A stretch of DNA of 43,244 bases from a virus (Duplodnaviria; Caudoviricetes): the IMG/VR virus record IMGVR_UViG_3300047564_002265, positions 1 through 43,244 of that record; one strand, 5' to 3'. The position numbers and the translations under genes are program-made. This document shows, one piece after another, positions 8,555 to 16,976 of this stretch. Under the pieces are notes generated by a model that saw nothing but the letters and a program-made list of their open reading frames with translations, was not told the DNA's origin and did no database searches. Numbering within the stretch: the stretch's first letter is position 1; every line of letters begins with the position of its first letter.

Positions 8555-10441
8555 TTAGTTTTCTATGTCTAAGATATTTTCTTCGTTTAATATACTAGAT
8601 GTTTCTGGTGCGATTTTATGGGCGTTTAATTGTTTAATTAAGTTAGAAACTTCGTGATTTTCTAACGAAAGTGGGGATTTTCTAGATGGTTTACGTTGTT
8701 GTCCTACTCTTAATGCCCCAAGATTTTCCTTATGACCTAGTGGGTCACGGCCACGTGGGTGGCTATCTTGTCCAAATTGCATACCAGTTTTAGGACGACC
8801 CATTTTAGCTTCTTCTAGTTCGGTATCATCTCCGATTTCCTCTTCTTCCGGCATATCTTCTAATGAAGCGAGTACAGCATCAACTGTATCTAGCTTTTCT
8901 GGTTCTTCGGCTGGTTGTTCTACGTCAGCTTCTGGTTCAGTAGGTTGTCCTTCTGGACCAGCTGGAGCTTGTTGTGGTTGTGCTGCTTGTTGTTGTGCTG
9001 CTTCTGCCTTACCAACCCATTCCACATCCTTCACTATCTTTTCTTGTTCTGACCGTGCATCGTCTTCTGCAATTTGAAGAATGTTGTGGTAAATCCAGTC
9101 ACGTGATAAGAACTTACTATCTGCAATATCTCTAGCCAATCCAACCTTTTCCTTCCACAAGTTCAACTTTTCTTGTTCATAGATGACCGATGGTGAGGTC
9201 ATTTCTAATTCAAAGTCGATAAGGTCTTCGTCGGTAAATCCTTGAACGTATAAGTGGATGATTGCAATCTTGGTAAGTTCTGATACCATAATACGTTGAA
9301 TACGTTCGATGGTACGTGCGAAACGAACGTCTTGTGCTGCCAACGATGCTTTACCACTATTATCTTCTTCGTATCCAAGGAATGACTTCGGTACCTTGAA
9401 TGCTGCCATTAACTTGTTACGAAGGTATTCAATATCTTCGATAGCATTGAATTGAAGGCCTGGAAGATTGGTGATATCTGTTCCAGAATCCTTACCACGA
9501 ACAGGAAGATAAAAATCTTCTGTGATGTTCATCATGTTGTAACGAAGGTTGTAATCACCAGTCTTTGGGTCAACGAGCGGTACCTTCTTCATACGGTCGA
9601 TGATACGTTGCATGTGTGTGTCGATTTCTGCTGGTGGAATGTTTCCAACATCGACCAACACCTTACGCTTGTCTGGTGCTCTCATAATACGATGGATTAA
9701 CATCGCATCTTCCATCAACTGAAGTTGCTTCCAAACACGACGACCGCCTTCGACCATACTCTTGCCATATGGTAGGAAGTTGGTGTCTGAGAGGAGGCGG
9801 AAGTGAGCAACTTCGTAATTATCTAATTCTTTCTTACCCAATGCTAAGAAATCATTTTCTACTTTGAACTTAACGGAGAATGGATTGCCTGGGTCTTGTC
9901 CTTCGACGCGGATGGTTTCGTACACAGAAAGAGGAATGACGTTTACCACGCCATATTTTTCATCGATGTCTAAGAATAAGAAAAAGTCTCCATACTTAGC
10001 CATATTTCTGACCCATGGCCAGAGATTGAATTCAACATTCAATACATCATAGAATAAGTTATGGAGAATATCTTGAATTTGTTGGTTCTTGGAACGGATA
10101 CTAAGTACTTGACCGAATTCGTCTTTTACGGTTGATTCATCTGCATAGATGTCCATTACTGATGAAATAATTGGGTCATTATCCATCATATCATAGTCAC
10201 GGAACAATTGTAAACGTGACCCTTGGAATGCTGCTGCGGATTCATATCGACCACCTGCCGCACCATATCCACCTGTCATAGAAGAATAAACTCGGTGATA
10301 TCTATCAATGCCCCGTCTATTAATAAACGACTGGATATTGTCAGTATCAGCGACTTTTAACTTCTTTCCGCCTACATTTCGGACAACTGTGTTCGTTGAG
10401 AACAGTTTCCGTAAGCGACCGTATATACTAGTATCTGCCAT
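8555..10441 (-). CDS. Portal protein (T4 gp20-like)
   Basis: QLQLMEDAMLIHRIMRAPDKR, DVGNIPP, EDFYLPVRG, IEDIEYLRNKLMAAFKVPKSFL and DVRFARTIERIQ motifs; long acidic Pro/Gln C-terminal tail. Confidence 0.95.
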   Translation of the reverse strand: MADTSIYGRLRKLFSTNTVVRNVGGKKLKVADTDNIQSFINRRGIDRYHRVYSSMTGGYGAAGGRYESAAAFQGSRLQLFRDYDMMDNDPIISSVMDIYADESTVKDEFGQVLSIRSKNQQIQDILHNLFYDVLNVEFNLWPWVRNMAKYGDFFLFLDIDEKYGVVNVIPLSVYETIRVEGQDPGNPFSVKFKVENDFLALGKKELDNYEVAHFRLLSDTNFLPYGKSMVEGGRRVWKQLQLMEDAMLIHRIMRAPDKRKVLVDVGNIPPAEIDTHMQRIIDRMKKVPLVDPKTGDYNLRYNMMNITEDFYLPVRGKDSGTDITNLPGLQFNAIEDIEYLRNKLMAAFKVPKSFLGYEEDNSGKASLAAQDVRFARTIERIQRIMVSELTKIAIIHLYVQGFTDEDLIDFELEMTSPSVIYEQEKLNLWKEKVGLARDIADSKFLSRDWIYHNILQIAEDDARSEQEKIVKDVEWVGKAEAAQQQAAQPQQAPAGPEGQPTEPEADVEQPAEEPEKLDTVDAVLASLEDMPEEEEIGDDTELEEAKMGRPKTGMQFGQDSHPRGRDPLGHKENLGALRVGQQRKPSRKSPLSLENHEVSNLIKQLNAHKIAPETSSILNEENILDIEN

Positions 10442-10451
10442 AACCCCTCAC

Positions 10452-10790
10452 TTAAATGAGAACGGTGTCGAGTGCCGTAGCCAATGGCCAGACATCGACA
10501 TCCTTATTATCTTCTGCAATATCTTCTGCGAGTAACTTGAATTCTGCTACTTTACCCTTTAATACCATTTCTAATAAACCCCATTGTTGTGCATTAAAGA
10601 TAGTATATGGAGTTTCATTTAGCATTTCTGCTAATTGCTTTAATTCAACATAAATTTCTGCAAGTTTCTTTTGGTCAGCTTCCTTTAGTTGTGGTGCGAT
10701 ATTTTCTAATACCGCTTCCACACGCATCAATTGAACTCTACGTGGAACTTGACTGGTAACTTCACTGAGTAAATCTTTTAATAATGCCAT
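10452..10790 (-). CDS. Hypothetical protein with MALLKDLLSE leader (putative internal head protein)
   Basis: GGAG SD; helical 112 aa; leader shared with neighbours. Confidence 0.7.
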   Translation of the reverse strand: MALLKDLLSEVTSQVPRRVQLMRVEAVLENIAPQLKEADQKKLAEIYVELKQLAEMLNETPYTIFNAQQWGLLEMVLKGKVAEFKLLAEDIAEDNKDVDVWPLATALDTVLI

Positions 10791-10791
10791 C

Positions 10792-11100
10792 TTATTTCTC
10801 CGAGTCTAATGCTTTACGCATTTTCTTAACATCTTTTGGTTTTGGTGCGGCGTTAATTGCTCCACCAGGTCCAACTAGTTGTTCGTCTTTTTTCTTTTCC
10901 ACGTACTTCTTTAGTAATGTATAATAATTTGGCTTCTCTGTCAAGTGGGTGGCCGCTATCTTTGCGGTTTTTACTACATTCCCATTTGTTACATCTTGGT
11001 GTTCCATTTCTACATTCATTCCCATATGAAATTCATTAGGGTCGAATGTATACCCCATCTTTTTCATAATAGCGTCGGATATCTTTCTGGAGACTTTCAT
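10792..11100 (-). CDS. DUF5661-like protein
   Basis: EFHMGMNVEMEH...KTAKIAATHLTEKPNYYTLL resembles DUF5661 as recalled; start moved to MKVSRK (11100) because the longer ORF overlaps the upstream gene. Confidence 0.65.
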   Translation of the reverse strand: MKVSRKISDAIMKKMGYTFDPNEFHMGMNVEMEHQDVTNGNVVKTAKIAATHLTEKPNYYTLLKKYVEKKKDEQLVGPGGAINAAPKPKDVKKMRKALDSEK

Positions 11101-11101
11101 A

Positions 11102-11518
11102 TTACCACTTCCGACACGACCAATAACGTGCCTTGGTACGTGGGCCTGGGGTATCACAATTATGACGTGCTCTAAATGACCTACGACGAGCTGGATTAGA
11201 TTTCTTGATTCTCATCGTCTTGTCACCGAAGTTAACTTTCTTGACGTTACCAGTACTTGGGTCTTTAACGAATACCTTAAACTTCTTAACGTCACCCCGC
11301 ATTGGTTTTCCAAGAGGAACCTTACGACCGTGATATTCAGCTTCTTGAAGTGGTTGACTTGCTGCTCGTACAATTTCTGTGGCGAGACAACGTGGGCAAT
11401 ATTCTTCAATAATATCTTCTTCGTTGATAGGAACGCAGTTTGGAACCATTTTACCGTTCTTCATCTTTCCACCAACTGCCTTATATCCTTCCCAACAAGC
11501 TTCTTGAATATTTTCCAT
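11102..11518 (-). CDS. Modular basic protein: CWxGY...VPNCVP module plus DUF6321-like C-terminal module
   Basis: CWEGYKAVGGKMKNGKMVPNCVP, then AEYHGRKVPLGKP...VNFGD...RRSFRARHNC..PGPRTKARYWSC; start moved to MENIQE (11518), just after the upstream stop. Confidence 0.7.
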   Translation of the reverse strand: MENIQEACWEGYKAVGGKMKNGKMVPNCVPINEEDIIEEYCPRCLATEIVRAASQPLQEAEYHGRKVPLGKPMRGDVKKFKVFVKDPSTGNVKKVNFGDKTMRIKKSNPARRRSFRARHNCDTPGPRTKARYWSCRKW

Positions 11519-11519
11519 A

Positions 11520-11849
11520 TTATTCTTCCTTCTTGAATGTGGATACCATTGTTGGCTTTCCACCTGGGTTTCCTGCTTTTCTCTTACGAACTACCGCTGA
11601 CCGTTTTTCACCTTTACTCATCGCTGCTGCGGAACGGGCTGGTCGGCACTTTGGATATTTTGCTGACCCACCCTTTCGTTCCCCTTTACCAGCAGAAGCT
11701 CCACATGGTGGATGCTTGCCTGTCTTGGGGTCTTTTCTGGAAATGTCTACCCACTTTTGACGAAGCCACTTACCAAGGCTTCCCTTAGTCTTGTACTTTT
11801 CGTCAAGATCAACAGACACTTCAACTAGGATATCGGCAAATCGTGTCAT
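11520..11849 (-). CDS. Small basic Cys-containing protein (DUF5872-like module)
   Basis: LGKWLRQKWVDI...PPCG...YPKCRP...AVVRKRKA; acidic leader ending VDLDE. Confidence 0.65.
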   Translation of the reverse strand: MTRFADILVEVSVDLDEKYKTKGSLGKWLRQKWVDISRKDPKTGKHPPCGASAGKGERKGGSAKYPKCRPARSAAAMSKGEKRSAVVRKRKAGNPGGKPTMVSTFKKEE

Positions 11850-12181
11850 ACTGGTTTTGATTTGGTTGTATCACCACGTTGACGCTTTCTGCGTGCAGCG
11901 CAGTGTGCTTTTTGACTAAAACCTTTTGGATTACTGCAGTTAATAGACTTCTTATACTTCTTTGTCCATTTCTCATCAATAGAATCTAAACCGACTCTTG
12001 ACATAAAATGTTTTGGGTCAACATCGATTTTACTTTGCTTAAAATCTTTCAGTCTATCCAACGCCATTTCTTTTCTATTATCAACATCTTTTACTTGATT
12101 GAGCATATCAACGATGCCGTCAACCATTTTTTTTTCGTCTGGTTGTACCTCATCAAGTATGATGTCCATTAACTTAATCAT
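11846..12181 (-). CDS. Two-module protein with basic C-terminal KWTKKYKKSINCSNPKGFSQKAHC module
   Basis: Start moved to MIKLMDIILDE (12181; ATGA overlap with the upstream stop); basic module begins after SIDE. Confidence 0.7.
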   Translation of the reverse strand: MIKLMDIILDEVQPDEKKMVDGIVDMLNQVKDVDNRKEMALDRLKDFKQSKIDVDPKHFMSRVGLDSIDEKWTKKYKKSINCSNPKGFSQKAHCAARRKRQRGDTTKSKPV

Positions 12182-12483
12182 TTCTTTCCCTTCTTCCACC
12201 TACCACCCATACTCTTGTACTTTTTTGCTGCCCAGAGGTTAGCATATGCTGATGGATAAACCTTGAACTTCGAACGAGCTGCTGCTTTTGCCTTTGCCCA
12301 TTTGTCTGGACTAGTTGGGATATTACGTTCCAGTATATCACTAATGCGAGCTGACCGAACTGCTAAATCTTGTGGGTCTGTTTCTGGCATTTCTTCTGGC
12401 TTTTCTTGACCAAAATCTGCTTTAGTCTGAGGAAATGACGTACCGTCCGAATACCCTTCTGGAAAAAAGTCTTTGTATTTCAT
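12178..12483 (-). CDS. Small protein with basic KFKVYPSAYANLWAAKKYKSMGGRW module
   Basis: Leader MKYKDFFPE; acidic linker; basic module after DILE. Confidence 0.7.
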   Translation of the reverse strand: MKYKDFFPEGYSDGTSFPQTKADFGQEKPEEMPETDPQDLAVRSARISDILERNIPTSPDKWAKAKAAARSKFKVYPSAYANLWAAKKYKSMGGRWKKGKK

Positions 12484-12484
12484 A

Positions 12485-12841
12485 TTACTTTAAGAACTTG
12501 AGTTTGTAAATAGTACTGGAAATAAGTCCTGCAATTTCATCAACCGTGTTATTAAGTTCACCGTCTTGTGGGAGTTGACCGCGGGTTTCGTCTACAAACT
12601 TTTGTAACCCCGTGAAATAACTAACTACTGAGTCATCTTCTAAAATAGTATTGGTTGGCATGTATCCTTTGAGAATACCATACCGACCTTGATATGATTC
12701 TACATAAGTGTCAACTAAGTCAACAATTCCTTCATAATATTCTTGCAATGCTTTGTGTGCAGCATATGAAGGAGTTTGAAGATGAAAGATATGAGATTGT
12801 TGTCTACTTGAAAGTAAAAGAGAAATAAATTTGGCCACCAT
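12485..12841 (-). CDS. Dps/ferritin-like four-helix protein (DUF5856-like)
   Basis: HIFHLQT.SYAAHKALQEYYEGIVDLVDTYVESYQG resembles the Dps ferroxidase H..H...H...D...E pattern; ends YKLKFLK. Confidence 0.75.
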   Translation of the reverse strand: MVAKFISLLLSSRQQSHIFHLQTPSYAAHKALQEYYEGIVDLVDTYVESYQGRYGILKGYMPTNTILEDDSVVSYFTGLQKFVDETRGQLPQDGELNNTVDEIAGLISSTIYKLKFLK

Positions 12842-12842
12842 A

Positions 12843-14030
12843 TTAATTTACCGTGTAAGAGATGGTTCCATCTGAGTTTTTCTTTGCGGTCTTACCACTG
12901 TCAGTCTTCCAAGTGTCACCTGGTTTGTGTGCTGGCATCACTTGTGCATGTTGCTTTGAACTATGTGTTGGTGTATTTTTATATGCCGAGATAGCAGCTG
13001 CTAACCCACCTTGTGGTTTTATAGTTACTGCTTCTTCGGTTTCTTCTTTCTTGGATTGATATCCCTTCTTCTTCATCCAATGTGCAAGTGCCCAAGGATT
13101 ATCAATTTCCTTGTGCTTCTTCATAGCTAATACAGTCTTTTCCCAACCTTCAGGTGCTGCTTCATTGACTGATTCTGCCATAGCTGCCATATCTTGGTCA
13201 ACTGGCTTATCGGTCTTTTCTTCATCACCATATTCGTGATAACTGGTATTTGCTTGGTCAAGATTATTTTCAGCAACTGCGATGTGGTCTTGAATCCATG
13301 CTGGAATGTCCTTTTCTTCCATTCCAATCTTACCCTTAAGTTCGGTTGCGTGCTTGATAATTGAATCTAAAGTAGAGTTTGCCATAGATGCTTCGTGATC
13401 TTCACCACTACCTTCACTCTTCATTGCCTTACCAATAGCATCCCGACGAGTTTGTAAGTACTTATCAGAAGAGTCTTTATCTCCGTCATTATCAACATCA
13501 CCATCTTCTTGACCGACGGCATCTAACTTTTCGTTAGTTTTACCTGCACGAAGTTTTGCTAAATCATCACCTTCAATCTTACCGTCTTTATCAACGTCAA
13601 GTTGCTTTTGCTTAGCAGACAATTCTTCATATTGAGCCAAGAGTTCATCAACTTTCTTTTTTTGGTCCGGAGTCATTTGCATTTCTTTAAGCTTCTTAAG
13701 CTTCATTTCAACCCGTGACTTTTTATCAACAGCTACAGTTGGAGCTGGTGTTGGTTCTTCGTGTGATTCTTCTTTTAGTGCCTGTAGATTCACTAGTGCT
13801 GACAATCTAATCATGTTGTTCTCCAACTTTGGTGTAGAAAATTCTGTAGCTTTTTTATCTTTTTGTGCTGCTTGATATTGTCTGTATAACCGGCGTTTTG
13901 CCATTATATACTTGTCATTTTTGTCAACTTTACCATCATTATTCACATCTGCATCTTCTGACCCAGGTGGGTCGTGTCTTTTGTGAGGATGGTGGTATTG
14001 TTCAAAATTAAAAAACGATGAATACTTCAT
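12843..14030 (-). CDS. Multi-module putative internal head protein with three DxDxDG Ca-binding-like loops
   Basis: DVNNDGKVD, DVDKDGKIE, DVDNDGDKD; further modules DHEASMA..IPAWIQDHI and APEGWEKTV..DNPWALAHWM; possible internal start at 13814. Confidence 0.7.
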   Translation of the reverse strand: MKYSSFFNFEQYHHPHKRHDPPGSEDADVNNDGKVDKNDKYIMAKRRLYRQYQAAQKDKKATEFSTPKLENNMIRLSALVNLQALKEESHEEPTPAPTVAVDKKSRVEMKLKKLKEMQMTPDQKKKVDELLAQYEELSAKQKQLDVDKDGKIEGDDLAKLRAGKTNEKLDAVGQEDGDVDNDGDKDSSDKYLQTRRDAIGKAMKSEGSGEDHEASMANSTLDSIIKHATELKGKIGMEEKDIPAWIQDHIAVAENNLDQANTSYHEYGDEEKTDKPVDQDMAAMAESVNEAAPEGWEKTVLAMKKHKEIDNPWALAHWMKKKGYQSKKEETEEAVTIKPQGGLAAAISAYKNTPTHSSKQHAQVMPAHKPGDTWKTDSGKTAKKNSDGTISYTVN

Positions 14031-14728
14031 TATTTTTTCCGCTTATCATCACTTTTACCACCACTTTGTCTGAATGCCGCGGCTGATGCTGATGCCCAAA
14101 GATAGTCTTTCCATTCGTCACCATACTTTTTACGGAACTTACTGACCTTCTTTTCATCTCGCATCATAGCTTGACCAATTTTTTTACGAAGTTCGACTTG
14201 AGATTTACTCATTTTACGAGCACTTTTACGGTTGTATGGTTGGGGAACTGACTTTTCGTCTAAACACCCCTCTCCTTCACACACACCTTCATCTTTTGGT
14301 GCTCGTGCCATACTAGATGCATATAATCTGGCAGCTGCTTTATATCCAGGATGGTCTTTTGGATACTTCAGTAAAGATGACACCGTAGCTTCGTGTTCCT
14401 TTCCTTCAGCATCTTTATATTTGATTTTTGTTGCAACCAAAGCTCTTGTAAATACTTGGCGAAAACTCTTTGCCGGAGTTTTTGGTTTACCGTATGATTT
14501 TGGGGTATACGGACGACCAGTTTGACCCCAGTATGGATGTTGGTCACGCTTTTTATCGTATTCATCTTCATTTACAGTATCTTCGACATCTTCGTGAACT
14601 TGACTTGGATTTAAATGGGCGTCCGGCGTTTCCGCTTCAGCTGGTTTCATCCACCATTGATAGGCCTGTTCACTTAATACTGATTTGAGTTCTTCCCGAA
14701 TCATTTGTTTAAGTTCTTCTTTTTTCAT
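14030..14728 (-). CDS. Multi-module hypothetical protein (putative internal head protein)
   Basis: Start moved to MKKEELKQMIREELKSVLSE (GAGG SD); modules separated by VNE and LDE; basic C-terminal module. Confidence 0.7.
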   Translation of the reverse strand: MKKEELKQMIREELKSVLSEQAYQWWMKPAEAETPDAHLNPSQVHEDVEDTVNEDEYDKKRDQHPYWGQTGRPYTPKSYGKPKTPAKSFRQVFTRALVATKIKYKDAEGKEHEATVSSLLKYPKDHPGYKAAARLYASSMARAPKDEGVCEGEGCLDEKSVPQPYNRKSARKMSKSQVELRKKIGQAMMRDEKKVSKFRKKYGDEWKDYLWASASAAAFRQSGGKSDDKRKK

Positions 14729-14764
14729 ACTTTGCCTCAAAAATAGTATATAAAGACACTACTA

Positions 14765-14772
14765 TATAAGTA
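14765..14772 (-). promoter_or_regulatory. Putative late promoter motif (coding strand TACTTATA)
   Basis: Plus-strand TATAAGTA between the terminase stop and the cluster of small genes. Confidence 0.5.
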
Positions 14773-14780
14773 TAATGTAT

Positions 14781-16370
14781 TTACAGTAACCACCGTAAAT
14801 TCTCTTTTTCCTGACCAATTTGCATCTCATATGGATTATGAGTTAAATTCTTGTCTGTATATACCATACTTCCCATCTGATATTTTGTGTTATCTAACGC
14901 TAATTTGGTCAATTCTATGCCCTCTTGGCGTAATCTTAAGGCGGTGTCTCGTACCCACAGACCTATACAAAGTGCTAATACCAGGTCGTCATTATATCCG
15001 CCCAATGCTTCTGGCCGGCCATTCTTCCAAATAAATGTTTCCAACTCTGCAACCATCCGACTTGACCGAATAGTAAATGAATTATCTAACATATATTCTT
15101 TTAATCTGGCGATAATCAATGGCCTGGTTCTTTGGGATATCATAAACCCAGGTACCAATGAACTCATCTTATCTTCTTTCAAATACTTTCTATTCAATTG
15201 ATGTTCAACATCCACATATTGTAAGTCTCTGGACATATAGAACAGATTACGATACCCGCGGTCAATAATCTGCTGAATTGCGTTCCATCCAATACTACTG
15301 TTATCTGGGATAAGGAGTGCGTCATTATACTGTGTTGCGATAGACACCAACATATTTCCAAACTGCTTAGTTTCTACTTTTCCCTTGTACTCTGCGACTT
15401 GGGTAGAGGTTTCTACATCAATTACATGGAAAGTTGAATAATCCTCACCATCTCCACGGGCAACGTCTGCGCAAACAATATAAGTTTTAGACGGACTAGG
15501 ATATTCCCATATCCAAAGATTTCCATCAAATCCTTCTTTAGATATTGGTTCTTGAACAAACGACGATTTATAAAACTCTATGATTTCTGCAGGGATAACC
15601 GTATTACCGGAGAATATGAATGATGCATCATGTTCTTGAATTGCTTGTAGTTCACCCATCAGTTCTGTTTGGCGGTCACGCCATGCTTGGTCACGTTCTG
15701 GGTGTACTCTCCAATCTAATAATATAGTATTAAAATTATTGGTCTTTGTTTCTGCTTGTTGCCACATCTTGTGGAAGAAGTTACCAACACCATTTGGAGT
15801 AGACAAGAGAATTGCCTTTCCACCCGTTGATAATGTACTGGATGCTGCGGTCCAAATAATGTCTGCTGCATCAATAAACGCCGCTTCGTCGAGGATAAGA
15901 AGAGAAAGTGCTTCAGAACGACCAGCATCTGGACTTGATGCCACAGCTTTAATTTGTGACCCATTTGCAAACTGTAGTGACAATTTGTTGTCTGTAATTA
16001 CCGACCCCCGTAACCAAACGGGAAGATTTTGATGCATGAACTTTACTTTGGTCACCAAGTTTTTTGCAGTTTCTTGTTTAGTTGCGATAACTAAAATATT
16101 CTTATCTTTATGAAACAACATCAACCACAGTGCATATCCTGCGACTAATGTGGAAATACCTATCTGACGGCCTTTAAGAACAATATTATAATCACAGTTC
16201 TCAAAATCTTTCAATGCATCTTTCTGATAATGATATAAATCAAACAACACCCGGCCACGAATCGGGTGTTGAATATATGAATACCGTGATAAGAAGTATG
16301 CGGGGTCTACTGCACATTTCTTAAACTCTTCTTTAATTTTGTCACGTAACTGCTGTGATGTTGCGTTCAT
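14781..16370 (-). CDS. terL: Terminase large subunit (T4 gp17-like)
   Basis: LKGRQIGIST (Walker A), LLILDEAAF (Walker B), LSTPNG (motif III), nuclease ADVARGDGEDYS and YNDDLVLAL. Confidence 0.97.
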   Translation of the reverse strand: MNATSQQLRDKIKEEFKKCAVDPAYFLSRYSYIQHPIRGRVLFDLYHYQKDALKDFENCDYNIVLKGRQIGISTLVAGYALWLMLFHKDKNILVIATKQETAKNLVTKVKFMHQNLPVWLRGSVITDNKLSLQFANGSQIKAVASSPDAGRSEALSLLILDEAAFIDAADIIWTAASSTLSTGGKAILLSTPNGVGNFFHKMWQQAETKTNNFNTILLDWRVHPERDQAWRDRQTELMGELQAIQEHDASFIFSGNTVIPAEIIEFYKSSFVQEPISKEGFDGNLWIWEYPSPSKTYIVCADVARGDGEDYSTFHVIDVETSTQVAEYKGKVETKQFGNMLVSIATQYNDALLIPDNSSIGWNAIQQIIDRGYRNLFYMSRDLQYVDVEHQLNRKYLKEDKMSSLVPGFMISQRTRPLIIARLKEYMLDNSFTIRSSRMVAELETFIWKNGRPEALGGYNDDLVLALCIGLWVRDTALRLRQEGIELTKLALDNTKYQMGSMVYTDKNLTHNPYEMQIGQEKENLRWLL

Positions 16371-16379
16371 AAGAACCTC

Positions 16380-16976
16380 TTACTTGATTACGAGTATCCC
16401 CGCTCCAAGACCCATTGCCAATCCAACTGCGAATGATGCCTTACGACTTGGTAACTTGAATCCAAACATACGGTTAGGATTCTTTGGGGCAGGTGGTATA
16501 AGATTGATAACTGCTTGGAGACTGTCCCCGCGCATCATCGCCATACGTAACGCATTGTCCTTACTTGATAATGCACTTTCAAGCTCAGTGACTTGGGTAC
16601 TTTGTGCGTCAATCGTTTCCTTCTGTTTTGCGATGATGGAATCCTTAAGCGGTAGGATTTGACGAGCAAGTTCTAATGTATCAAGAAGGGTTTCCTTCAT
16701 CACCTCTGCCCGTTCTTCCATACTCAATGTTTCATTCTTCAACGAATTGACTTGACGACCCAATATTTTTGCACGACTTTCTGCGGCACGGGATTCATTA
16801 TCAGCAATGATAATTTCTTCCTTCAAACTATCCGCTAATTCAGTAACCGAATCTGCTTTTGCTTGAAATTGCTTGTATTCTTCAATATACTTGTCCATTG
16901 CGTCATCACTGGTGGAGTCTTGCCAATACAACACCCCAGCGAATACCAGTAACAATCCTAATAATTTAAGCTTCAT
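16380..16976 (-). CDS. Membrane-anchored coiled-coil protein (spanin-like candidate)
   Basis: N-terminal hydrophobic LLGLLLVFAGVLYW, long coiled coil, Pro-rich turn, C-terminal hydrophobic ASFAVGLAMGLGAGILVI. Confidence 0.5.
   Translation of the reverse strand: MKLKLLGLLLVFAGVLYWQDSTSDDAMDKYIEEYKQFQAKADSVTELADSLKEEIIIADNESRAAESRAKILGRQVNSLKNETLSMEERAEVMKETLLDTLELARQILPLKDSIIAKQKETIDAQSTQVTELESALSSKDNALRMAMMRGDSLQAVINLIPPAPKNPNRMFGFKLPSRKASFAVGLAMGLGAGILVIK

Noticed and set aside
14781-16370. Intron or intein in terminase, portal, capsid or primase
   Set aside because: Lengths are typical, motifs are contiguous, and no intein splice-junction or homing-endonuclease signatures are visible.
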